64,000 nt of DNA from Lingula anatina. Lineage: Eukaryota > Animalia > Brachiopoda. Every line of letters begins with the position of its first letter. Position 1 is the first letter of the stretch. Under the pieces are notes generated by a model that did not search any database, was not told the DNA's origin, and saw only the letters and a list, made by a program, of their open reading frames with translations. Positions 15,249 to 26,300 of this stretch are shown piece after piece. Made by a program: the position numbers and the translations under genes. The stretch lies in the NCBI GenBank assembly GCA_051362555.1, contig CM120647.1, positions 7,688,001-7,752,000 of the forward strand, written 5' to 3'.

Positions 15249-17039
15249 GCCACGGACCTGCGTCTGCACCTCTAATTATTTCTGTCCATACTGTTACATG
15301 TAGCATTTTAAACACCTTCGGTTTGCAGGTTTTAAATTGTATCAAAAAAAAAACCCCAAAGAGATCATTAAAAATGAGAATGAAACACGGAAGTTTGTTT
15401 ACCTGCTGTCTTTTCTTGTCCTTTTTAGCCAGAGCCTCCTTGTTCTTATCAAAGCGCTCCTGATGCCGCCTAGCGGCTTTCTCGTGTTTCTTGTTGTACG
15501 TCTCTGAGGTAGCTTCTTGCATGGTTGCTATGCGCACAGCTTTCACACGCGGGACCTAAGATAAAGAAACAAGACTGAAGTCAGCTGGTTTTATATTTTA
15601 TCTACAATTGTAATTGCTAATCATGCACATAAAGACATTTTAATTGAATCTGTCTCTCATTTACCTATGTATAGTTTTGCAAACATCAAAGAATAAAATG
15701 AATTACCACAAAAAGTACTTAAACGCGCCTCTTCAATTAAATCTGCATAAGGCAATATTAATGAAATGAGTGAATTTTAGCTCATGAAATAAAAAAACTA
15801 ATTACATCAGCAGCTTTGCCAAGCTTTTTTCTTATTGCAGCCGCATGATGAAGCATTGATTCTCTGCGGCGTTCGATAGCGGCTTCCTCCCTTCTCTTAA
15901 GTTCCTCTGCATCTTTCCGAATTGCAGTGCTTGGTCTAGCTAGTCTTAAAGAGAAGAAAACAAGGCATTGGCTGAATTTATTTGTAGAAAAGTACAAGTA
16001 GAGTTAGCTAAAGCCTATAAAGTTCTTTTAATAATAAATTAACAGACATGCTGAAACTGTCGGTCCGATCAGTCATGACTGGGAAAATTTGTTTGGACCG
16101 GTAAAAAATTAAACAGTTTTAAGAACCTCAATTTCGAATCTACAGTCATCATTCGACATAGGCTACTTCACTAATACAAATATTTAAAACCCAAAGCGTT
16201 TTCTCTTCCATTTCAAACCTATCACATTCACAAACAAAGTAAACTACTCAGTACCTAGTCATACTGGTAGTATCTGTCTCAAACGAATAGGGTGATTTTC
16301 GGTCCGACAAAAATCTATCCGGCAAATTTTTCATTACTGCCTGTCCAAATATCCGGCCATTCTGAAAAGTTTTCAGCATGTCTGAAGTAATGTTTCTATA
16401 ATTGAAATGAGCGCAGCCTAGGGCAACACGACTGAATGGAATGTTTGACGATGAAATGGAAATATCGCGACCTTGCTTATGTTGTATAGCATGAATGTCA
16501 AGCCTACTTTTTTCATAATTTTTACTGTATAGGGCCTTTTATGTTATTATGTTTCATCAATTATAGGCCCCCTACAATAAATGGACATATTACATTTTCA
16601 GTTATTACATCAGTTCATCGGAGGATTTAGATGGAGGGGGGGGGGGCCTGACCCCCCCCCCCCCCCCTCTTCGATTTCCGAAACCTAGGCCTAAAGTTCC
16701 CCTCTTGAAATTAGAATTTTGACCGGCTGAATCATTACTCTAAACAGTAGGCCTAATGGCACCGTTCGCCCTCTAAAAAATCCCCACGCCAGGAGGGGGG
16801 AGGATCGGCTTCGCATCTGCACCCCCTCTCCCCCCCCCCCCCCCCCCCCCAACACACACACACACACTTCAAATAATCCTGGATCCGCCCCTGTTGATAA
16901 GGTCTGCTTAAACACGTATCTAGCCTACATTCAATTGTACATGTACATACCGTAGGCCTATAGGCCTCCTACTCAATAGCTGACTGTAGGAAAAGTGGCT
17001 CAAGAGAGACTTACGGCGGAAAAAAGACAAACAATTCAT
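14930..17039 (-). CDS. Divergent stathmin-like coiled-coil protein (~175 aa), predicted exons 17039-17015, 15939-15806, 15555-15403, 15145-14930
   Basis: Spliced product MNCLSFFRPRPSTAIRKDAEELKRREEAAIERRRES...ETYNKKHEKAARRHQERFDKNKEALAKKDKKRQQ...SSSDDDEDDEDDD...PWRG. EE..EAA.ERR and KDK are spaced as in the stathmin domain. First and last exon choices are less certain than the two middle exons. Confidence 0.6.
16043..16384. mobile_element. Non-autonomous TIR element (CAG termini, hAT-like MITE)
   Basis: 14-bp TIR CAGACATGCTGAAA / TTTCAGCATGTCTG; subterminal TCGGTCCGA repeats; no clear TSD. Confidence 0.65.
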
Positions 17040-17392
17040 ATCAAACAGTTTGTAGCGCAATTTCTTCCACCCCCAGCAAATGAATTATTTTTCAAAAAAA
17101 AAAATCTAGGGGGAAGGGCGGACACTAACCGCCGCCTGTCAAAACAAACTAATTTTGTCACAGATAATCCACTATTTCATGAGAAAGTGGGCGGCACCTT
17201 TCGCTTAAATTAAGAGTAAGTAATTTAAAAAAACTTCTAAAAGGCTCATTAATAGATATACAAACTTGATGGACTTTTTGTTCAACTTATTCTCCACCAC
17301 AAGTCCTATTTTTTGACCTCGCAGACGACGATAAGCGCTCTCCTATAAAAGGAGGTTTGGAAGTTCGAGGCACTCACAACAAGACAAGCAAG
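17040..17392. promoter_or_regulatory. Putative bidirectional promoter between the stathmin-like gene (-) and ACOX1 (+)
   Basis: Two predicted ATGs ~350 bp apart head-to-head; GC-box-like GGGCGG at ~17116 and ~17189; TATAAAA at 17344-17350, 49 nt before the ACOX1 ATG. Confidence 0.5.
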
Positions 17393-20300
17393 ATGCCGGG
17401 AACGGCCAAGGTGAATCCCGATCTCCAGAAGGAGAGGAACAGAGCCACTTTTCCTGTCCATGTAATGACTTATGTATTAGATGGAGATCCTGAAAAAACG
17501 AAAAGGCGGAGATACGTAGGTGAGAGGCTAAATTTTATGTTATTTTGATGGATTTATAGGTGAGGGTTGGGGTTCAAAACTAATGGGAGGACTTTCGTAA
17601 TTGATGGACGAAAGGCCGTGGGAAACTTTTTGGTTTACGCCTCAGGTAATTACTCAAGTTGCTCCTCATCGACAGGTTATGTGGCAACATGTCTTTTTTT
17701 TTTCAAATGTAAACTGAAGAAAATGTGCAGTCTTAGTGTGGAAGATCGTGCCCTGACTTGGAGGGAATCCCTGACTTGTACCTAGTTTTTGACCTCGACC
17801 TTTGGTATGGAGGACGTGTTGTGTGATGAACATTGTCACTTAGAATTGAGGTCTCAAAATTAGGTCACAACTTTAAAAGGTCCGGGGGGGGGGGCACTCG
17901 ATCGTTTCCAGTTCTTCTGTTTGGATAGGCAGCTGAAAGGTTGCAGTAACCAGTGACACGCAGTTGAAAAATATTTGTTTGTGGAAGGGGGGGTGACTTT
18001 TTCCAGTTTTGTACAGTCAGAATAGGTAGATCACAATCCGCTAGGGGCGCTACAGTCGTAACTGTCCACGGGCAGTGAAGTGTAAAACTGAAGTCGGCCT
18101 GCTGACAGTTCGCCTATGGAACCCCTTTTTCAAATCTCTCTTTTAGCGCCGCGTAAAAAAACTAATACAAGCCATTAACTAAATAAGTTGTAAATCAAAG
18201 AGTAAAATCCGGTCACGTGATTTTCCCATGTTGCAGTCTTTGACAAGTTTCGGTTCTGCTTGTTTTAAGCTTTGCCTCTACAAAATGATAAAAAATTTCA
18301 GTTAAGTGCTGGTATCATCTTTTTGAAATTTATATCCAGCAAAGTTTATGAAATTTGCTATATTATGTAGAAAAATCATGAAATTTGAAGGTTGCGAAGT
18401 ATAGTTAATTTAATCCGCAATATTACATGATGTGAAAATTACCACAGGGAAATAGCTTTGCCCTGATTAGTCACAGGCTATGTGAGCCAGACAATAGTCT
18501 GAGCACACAAAGACACACAGGGTGCTCTGCTGCGCCTGAGTGATCACTGCTGGTCAGTGGGCACAGGTTTTGAGCTGAGAAGTGTGGACACTTTTGGTGG
18601 ATTTTTGCAGTTAAAAAACTTCAATATCTTTGTTGCTTGTAGGAATATTTAAAAAATTCCAAATGATTTCATCCGGTTTTTGCATTACCTTTCAGATGAT
18701 GTAAGTATTTTAATTTTCTGATCAGTTTGAAAATTTTTCTGATATACCTAGTCAGAATGATGTTGAGCATGAAAAATGAATTCAAGAGTCTTATTACATT
18801 AATTGGCATTAACAAGAAAGATAATAAAAGTTAAGATGTAACATATATCAGTATTTTATTAAAAAAAGGTGGGAAGTTAATTACTTGCAATATGGTAATT
18901 CATATAATTTCATAGATGTATAATAAATAAAAAAATCCAATAATGTAAACTGTTATGGAATAGCTATCTTTCTAAATCAATGATAAATTGCAAAAATACC
19001 AATCACAGTGCATTATTGCTCCTAGTTATTTATTGCCCTGAGCAAATATTTATCTTCCTTGGGTTAAAAAGTGGATACAAACAGATAACACTGGTGTGGT
19101 GAATCAGCATGTACATCCTTTTCTACCACTTGACCCTTGTGACATCCAATAAAACCAGCATAGTCGTATAAGCTCTGTCTGATCTGGGAGTTAAGAAAGG
19201 GGGGATATGGGGCATTCTTAACTTATTGTTGATATTTGTTGATTATTATAATTTATGTTCATAAATGTATTTTAATATCATGATTATTATAATTATGCAC
19301 AGTATAACTGTTGAATATTTAACTAATTAATTCATTTTTTTTCTAGACAATTTAGTGCATATACTTTGCAAAAATATTAATGAAATGTGATTGACTTTTT
19401 TAAATTTCATTTTCATATTTGTTTGTTAATTTGTTTATTTTAAATTTTCTTGAAATTTAGGTTCAGAGATTACAGTAATGTGTAATGCATTGCACATGTG
19501 TCACAGCACACCCATTGATGTGTGCCTATACTGTACTAGTAGTTGGTTTTTGGCAAACATTCAAAATTTGTTGCCCGATTTTCAATAGATCTCATCTTTT
19601 ATTTTTCAGAGAACCTTGTACTCAACGACCCTGTGTACAAACACAAACCAGTATGTTTTATGTCTCGCGGGGAAAGATACTCCCTGGGGATGAAGAAGGC
19701 GCTGCATGCTGTGAAAAAATTGAAGGAACTCAACCTGACGGACCCTGCTGATCAGTACTATTACAGATCGTGAGTGCTGGCATTTACTTTATATCTCTTT
19801 TCCTAGAGATTGGTTAACCCAGGAAACACAGAAATTTTCTTTGGCCTTGTGTTAAATATGGTATATTCGACTTCCACACAATCCCATTTTTTTCAAAATC
19901 ATATTGGAATTAATGGTAAAGGATAGTGTGTATGGTTTATTTATTTTAAAAAACATTATTATTGAACATTATTATTATATTTATCTTATCATGTCTAAAA
20001 GTTATTTTCAGTGAAAGCAAGTTAATTGATAAAACTAACTTAAGATACTAGTATGGTACATGTGACACTTTTATATATTTCATCTATATAAATTCTATCT
20101 ACTGCTGAAAATGGAAAATATTGAAAAGATGCCAGTCCCAAGCCCCAAATTATATCTGTTTATTAGGACATGACTTCATAGTTATGCTGATATCAACAAG
20201 TGACCCAGATAATATTCCAGTGACCGAGATGGAAATCTCTGTGACTTAGATAGAAATTCCCGTCTAAGGGAGTAGGTCATTGCATATAAGCCTTCTACTG

Positions 20301-23300
20301 TACATTTTAATTTTTAAAATTCATAGGCAGTTTAATATATCAAAATAAGTTCAAATTTTGCATGGCCTGATGAAACTGCTTTCATTAACTAAATCTGATA
20401 TTCTTAAAAGATGTTCAAGGTGACTGTTGAGGTGTGAAGAAATTGACGTTTAACCCGTGAAAGTCTGCTCTACATCACTTTATTTCCCCCTCAGTTTTTT
20501 TAATGAAGAATTGTCATCCCTTTATTTATTACATATGCCCACACGTACAGGAGCACACACACACACATACATACATATAAAGATCTGGTTTAATTTTTAT
20601 ATCATTTCAACGCATATAAATCCAGGTTCACAATGCCACACGAGAATTCCCCAATTGCCCTCCAAGATGACATGTTCATTCCCATAATCTCCACACAGAC
20701 CACCGATGAGCAAAAAGCAAAATGGCTGACACTGGCAAAGAGTCTCCAGATTATTGGCACATATGCACAGACAGAGTTGGGACATGGTATATTAACTTAT
20801 CAGTAGATTCTTTTTAGGCATTTGCATGATATTTTTGGTAATAAGAGAATTTTTTGTGGGGGGGGGGGGGGGGGTAAGGGAGTTTGCTTTGGACATTGCG
20901 CAATATGTACAGGTCTTAATATTATTGGTACTTTCATTTCCAACACTTGCCTCAGTTGCTTTTTACAAGTAACTAACAGGTGTGGTTTAAAATTAGAAAA
21001 GGGGCAAGCTTTACTGACATAAAACTCCTGGACCTTGACCATCAAAGGAAAAAAATAAGGAGAGCTAAAAATATTTTTAAAAAAATTTGGAAATCCTGAC
21101 AGAGCATCGAGCCTTGGCAAATTATTTATTTATTTATTTATTTATTGTGTCAAATAACACGTTTGAAGAAATTGGAGGAGAGGCTTTTTAAGTTTGAAAA
21201 ACATATATTTAAGCAAGTAGTAACGGGTATGTGATCAGAGAGTCTGAATGGATTTATATAACTAGGTTTTATTTTATTTAAATTCTTAATATTCAACTAA
21301 AACTGTTAAGTTGCAGATTGGTATATGACCTGTTTTGATGACTTAAAGTGATAATAACTCTTCTTTTCAGCCAAAAAATGAATTTTCCTGGAGTAAACAA
21401 CAATTTTCCCATACTTACCAATGGTTAATGAATCCATTTTTACATTCAAAGTTAGTCCCTGGTTTTTTTCTAAAAAGTTTGGTTTTTTGTTAAAATCTCT
21501 TAAGAGATTTTAGCAGAGTATAGCCATCAGTGGAGGTCACGTGGTCTAAAGACAAGCTCAGATATCAGAATAATAGCTATAACTGCCGTTTTTGTGGTAA
21601 AACAGAATATATTATATTTCTATGAGTTATTCACAATGTTTTTATTGTGAAATATAGATCTCATACGAAGAGTTATTATCCCTTTTAAGTAGCTGTTCTG
21701 AATTCCCTTTAATTAGTACCACCAGCGTGTACGCTGGCGGTACTCATGGTTTTAGTCCCGACCCGTCTCGTCCGGCTCCGCCGGCTCCGCCGGCTCCGTT
21801 GGCTCCGCCGGCTCCGTAAGCTCCGCCGGCTCCGCGTACTGGCGCCGGATACAAGTCACCGTTACCGCTTCTCCTCCTAGACCACAAGGACCCCTGTCCC
21901 CATCTCTTGGATTTAGGTCACATATAACCTCAACTTGAACCCCCAGGTTTTTTTGTCTCAGTCGGTACATTAACCTGGGCGTGACGCTCGTTGAAATGCA
22001 CCCTTGTCAAAATTTTTGAAAATTCAATGCCATTTATCTACCCTACGGAAGGAATTATGGGAAAAATTTCTACAGACGGCTTTCCAAAAGTCATATGTGT
22101 AGATTTCAAATATGCCCTTGGATTTGACCTTTGACCTTTATTTCAAGGTCAAACGGGCCAAAATTTTCAAAAAAATGAAATTTTTTACAAAAAAAATATT
22201 ATTTGCGCTGTTATTCAGACACTACACAGACTTAACCAATAATATTATTGGAAAGTGTTACCCTTTGGGTCTTCTTTGATCTCCGTGAATTTGGGGTCAA
22301 TCGGTGCATTTTCACGGGAGAAGCGGCCATAAGATACTGAAACTGAAAACTGTCTCTAATTCGGGAACCGTTAATGCTAGCGACCTGTTCTTTTTTGCAT
22401 TTTATAGAGCATGTAAAGCCCAACATTAAAAAGGGTCTCCGTTTTTTTGTATTTCATACGGTTTTCGTGTTATGCTGTATTAAAAAGTACATTGTGGTGG
22501 CACATTATTGTAACTCAGAATTGTAACATTATATCTCCAAAACTGGCAGAGATAGGTCAATAGTTACTATAAAAGTTGAATAGGATGTCACATACTGGCA
22601 ATTTAACAGTGACCATAAAATTGACCTTTGACCTACTTTTCATCATGAATTGAACTTTGCAAATTTTCGTTCCCTTTTATCTCCAAAACTGGCAGAGATA
22701 GGTTCATAGTTACTATTGAACTTGAATAGGAAGTCATATACTGGCAATTTACTGTGACCTTAAATTTGACCTTTGACCTACTTTTTACCATGAACTGAAC
22801 TTTGCAAATTTTCATTCCCTTTTATCTCCAAAACTGGCAGAGATAGGTCCATAGTTACTATTGAACTTGAATAGGAAGTAATACACTAGCAATCTGTGAC
22901 TTTGAAATTGACCTTTGACCTACTTTTTATAATGAACTGCTTTTTGCATGTTTTCAGGCCTTTAAATCTGCAAAATTGGCAAAGAAATACCCATGGTTGC
23001 TATTGAAATTGAATAGAAATTCATATACTATGATATTGAAATTGACCTTTGACCTACTTTTTCACCATGAACTGAGCTTTGCATATTTTCTTGCCTCTCA
23101 TATCTTTAAAACTAGCAGAGATGTGCCCCTTGTTGCCCCTAGGTTTTCTCTTTTGTCAGCATATATGCACCATTGACAACACTTTTCAAGGAAAACCAAT
23201 AGGCCTTTTGTCTAGAGAATACAGGAGTGATCAAGGGTAGGAAAATGCAAGTCAATTCGAAAATCTGCTTGATTATACCATTTTTAGTTATATTTTTTTG

Positions 23301-26300
23301 CATATTTTGAGAACTCTTATTGATTGCATCTTATAGAGCTTGTCAAGCACAAGACTGGTGATGGTGTCCCTTTTTGGAGGGGTGGGGGGGTCCATACAAA
23401 TGCGCTTACTCCAGCTGGTGGTACAATATCCGGAGGCGGTATCGCCTCTCTGATCCTCTAGTTAAAGACTGATTTTTGACTGAGCAACACCAATTCTGTA
23501 GAAGTAGGCTCACAGCAGGTCCTACCTAAAACATTTCATGATAATTTCACCCTTAAGATTTTTTTACGTAACCTCAGTGCAGTGGCTCTACAGACACTGT
23601 TTTTTTCCTTTTTTTACCTCCGCCATGGAAGTTATGTTTTCGCCCCTGTTTGTCTATCTTTCTGTCTGTTTTTCATCAACATAACTCAAAAAGTTATGGA
23701 CCAATTTAGATGAAATTTTCAGGGTAGGTCAGAAATGGGTTAACTTAGAAGTGATTAGTTTTTGGTGGTGGTCTGGATCAATAATCAATCAGTAATAAAA
23801 AAAATAATAAGTTATGGACCTATTTTGATGAAATTTTCAGGATCTGTCAGAAGTGGGCCAAGGAACAGATGATTAGTTTTTGATGATGATCAGGATCAAT
23901 AATCAATCAAAAATCAATAATAATAAAAAACCGCTGCCGTGGCGGAGGTCTGCGCTCTCGGAGTGCTCTTCTAGTTTTTTTTTTTTTTTTTTTCTGCATT
24001 AAGTGACCTCTAAACCCCTGGTTACAAGGCCAACAAGCCATTTCTACCATGATGTACAACCCTGTGGATAACTGTGTTGGGAATCTGCCAGTATTTCATG
24101 GTTTGACAATTAACAACTCGTTAGAAATCTGCATAAAATACCCTCTAGCGTAGGTATGGAGATCAGGGAATTCTCTGAAATTCCGTTTTTCCAGCCAGAA
24201 GAGTGTTCTGCAATGTGATGAGAGATCTCTTTAACATTTCAAGGCCATTCGAATGTACTGTATAGTAATGACTTGAATCTTTTTAAATGGGGAAATTTAA
24301 TCTGACAGGAACATAATTTTGGATTCACTAAAAATTCTATTCTGAATAAATGTTTTGTGATTTCACTGTATGGAATAGAATTATAGGGTAACCTGTTTTA
24401 AATTTTGTTGCTGCCACTTAATAGAAATGATATTATTTTCAGAATTTATCACTTAAAAAATAAACAGTATCAGTAAAGCTCACAATTTCCCCCCCCTGAC
24501 AAGGTCAAATCATTACCATGATACTTAAAGCGCATTCGGAAAGGCAAAAAAAAAAAAACTAACAGATCGTCAAATCAAATATGGCTGACCCACTTGAATG
24601 CATGTTGCATAACCCCTGCAGGGAATCTGATCAGTGTATAATTGGGAATTAAGCAACAGATTTTTAGTGGGTAACCATGTTTTAACCGTGGATCTATTAG
24701 TCAGCTGTTCTGAATGTACTATAATTTGTCTTCAGCATCTACCAAGCTCATGAGAATTCCCCCCTTGCCATTCACGAAGGAGTGTCAATCCCCTGTGTGC
24801 GCTCTCTAGGCACAGACTAAAAGGAAAAAAACATGGCTGCCAAAGATGGAAAACTATCAAATCATATTCACGTATAATCAGACCGAGATGGGACATGGTA
24901 CATTCAATGTTTCCGATATTTGTCTTGTGATTTTTATGTGGCGGTTGATTATGGGAGTTTCTTTGATTGCAGTTATAGTTTTAATTCACATTAAAATGAT
25001 AATTATTGAATAAGGAAACAATAATTGTTTGGGAATTATGGGTTTCAGCATCCAGTTTCAAATTCTTTGGTGACATGTTCCCAATATTTAAATTGTTAAA
25101 ATGCAATTATAATCACTGTATTTCTCATTGAGTTTGTGCTTGTAAATGTTGTGTTTGTCTTACAGCATGCTAGGCTACTGACCCCCCTTGATTGAGAGCT
25201 TGTTTTAGCTCTCATGTTCGCTACACCTAAAGCTTAATACATCTAGATTTACTTTGATTGAACTGGGCCATCAAAAATCGATGTCAATATCGAGCTGAGA
25301 ATGCAGGCCGAAAAGTTAAAAAAAGAAATTATTCTTGTTAATGCTTATATACATTGAGGGAAGGAGTGTGCTTTCTTATCCACAGAGGTGCAATGCCCCA
25401 TGAAAGTTCTCCAATAGGCCTTCACACAACTATGTTTATCCCAGCAATTGCAGGACAGGGCAGTGACAAACAGAGGAGAAAATGGCTGCCATTATGTGAA
25501 AGTTACAGAATAGTTGGAACCTATGCTCAGACTGAGGTGGGGCATGGTAAGGAAATTGGGAACCCAGTCCCATAAATTGGGATAATTGGTATCAATAGAA
25601 AGGCTGGAAAGGATAGTAGAATCTGAGATGGCAGTCAGAAACAGGAGTGCTAGTCTAGTATGAATATTGGGATTATTGATGTAAGGGGGTGGTAAGGAAG
25701 TTAAAAACTGACATCAATGTAGTCAGGTAAAGGGTATTAGAAATGGAGTTTTACAGGCAGGCTTTTATTGTTTTATACGTAGGATGGAATCAGAGGGCTA
25801 AATAACTGGCATTTTATCATTTTCAATTATCATTTCTCTGAAAAGCATTTTGTATGTATTATTGTTGGACCCATTTTGCTTTGTTTGTTATAGATTATAA
25901 AAATAAGAAAAGTCAAATTTGAAATGAGGCATGTGATTGGGAGTGGTCTTCTAGAGGATAGCTGTTTAGTTTTTCAGCTTGGTTACCATTTAATGAAGTA
26001 AAAGTTTAAAATATTCAGGAAATGAGCCCAAAATAGTCTATATTAATTAGTGGTGTGTGAAATTGATCGCAATGACGGAAAATAATACCCAATAAATAAT
26101 ATAAGTTGTAGACTATAATGTTACCAAATTGCAGCTGATCCCCACCTTTTGTTACATAAATATGGATGTTTATATAATAACAAATACAATATAATCTGTA
26201 GACTATAATATAAACAACTTACAGCTGATCCCAACTTTATTTTAAATAAATATGTATGTTTATTTTATTTATTTTTTTTTTTTTAAATAAAGACTGAGCT

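Noticed and set aside
15173-15463. Poly-Pro / poly-Gly ORFs
   Set aside because: Produced by a ~46-nt poly-C tract in a short intronic repeat element.
21752-21970. ORF with AEP/TEP repeats
   Set aside because: Comes from the CCGGCTCCG microsatellite at the 5' end of a HINE element.
25078-25675. TCCCAATATT / AATATTGGGA 10-bp complement flanking exon 3c
   Set aside because: Short and AT-rich, expected by chance, and does not involve the docking site.
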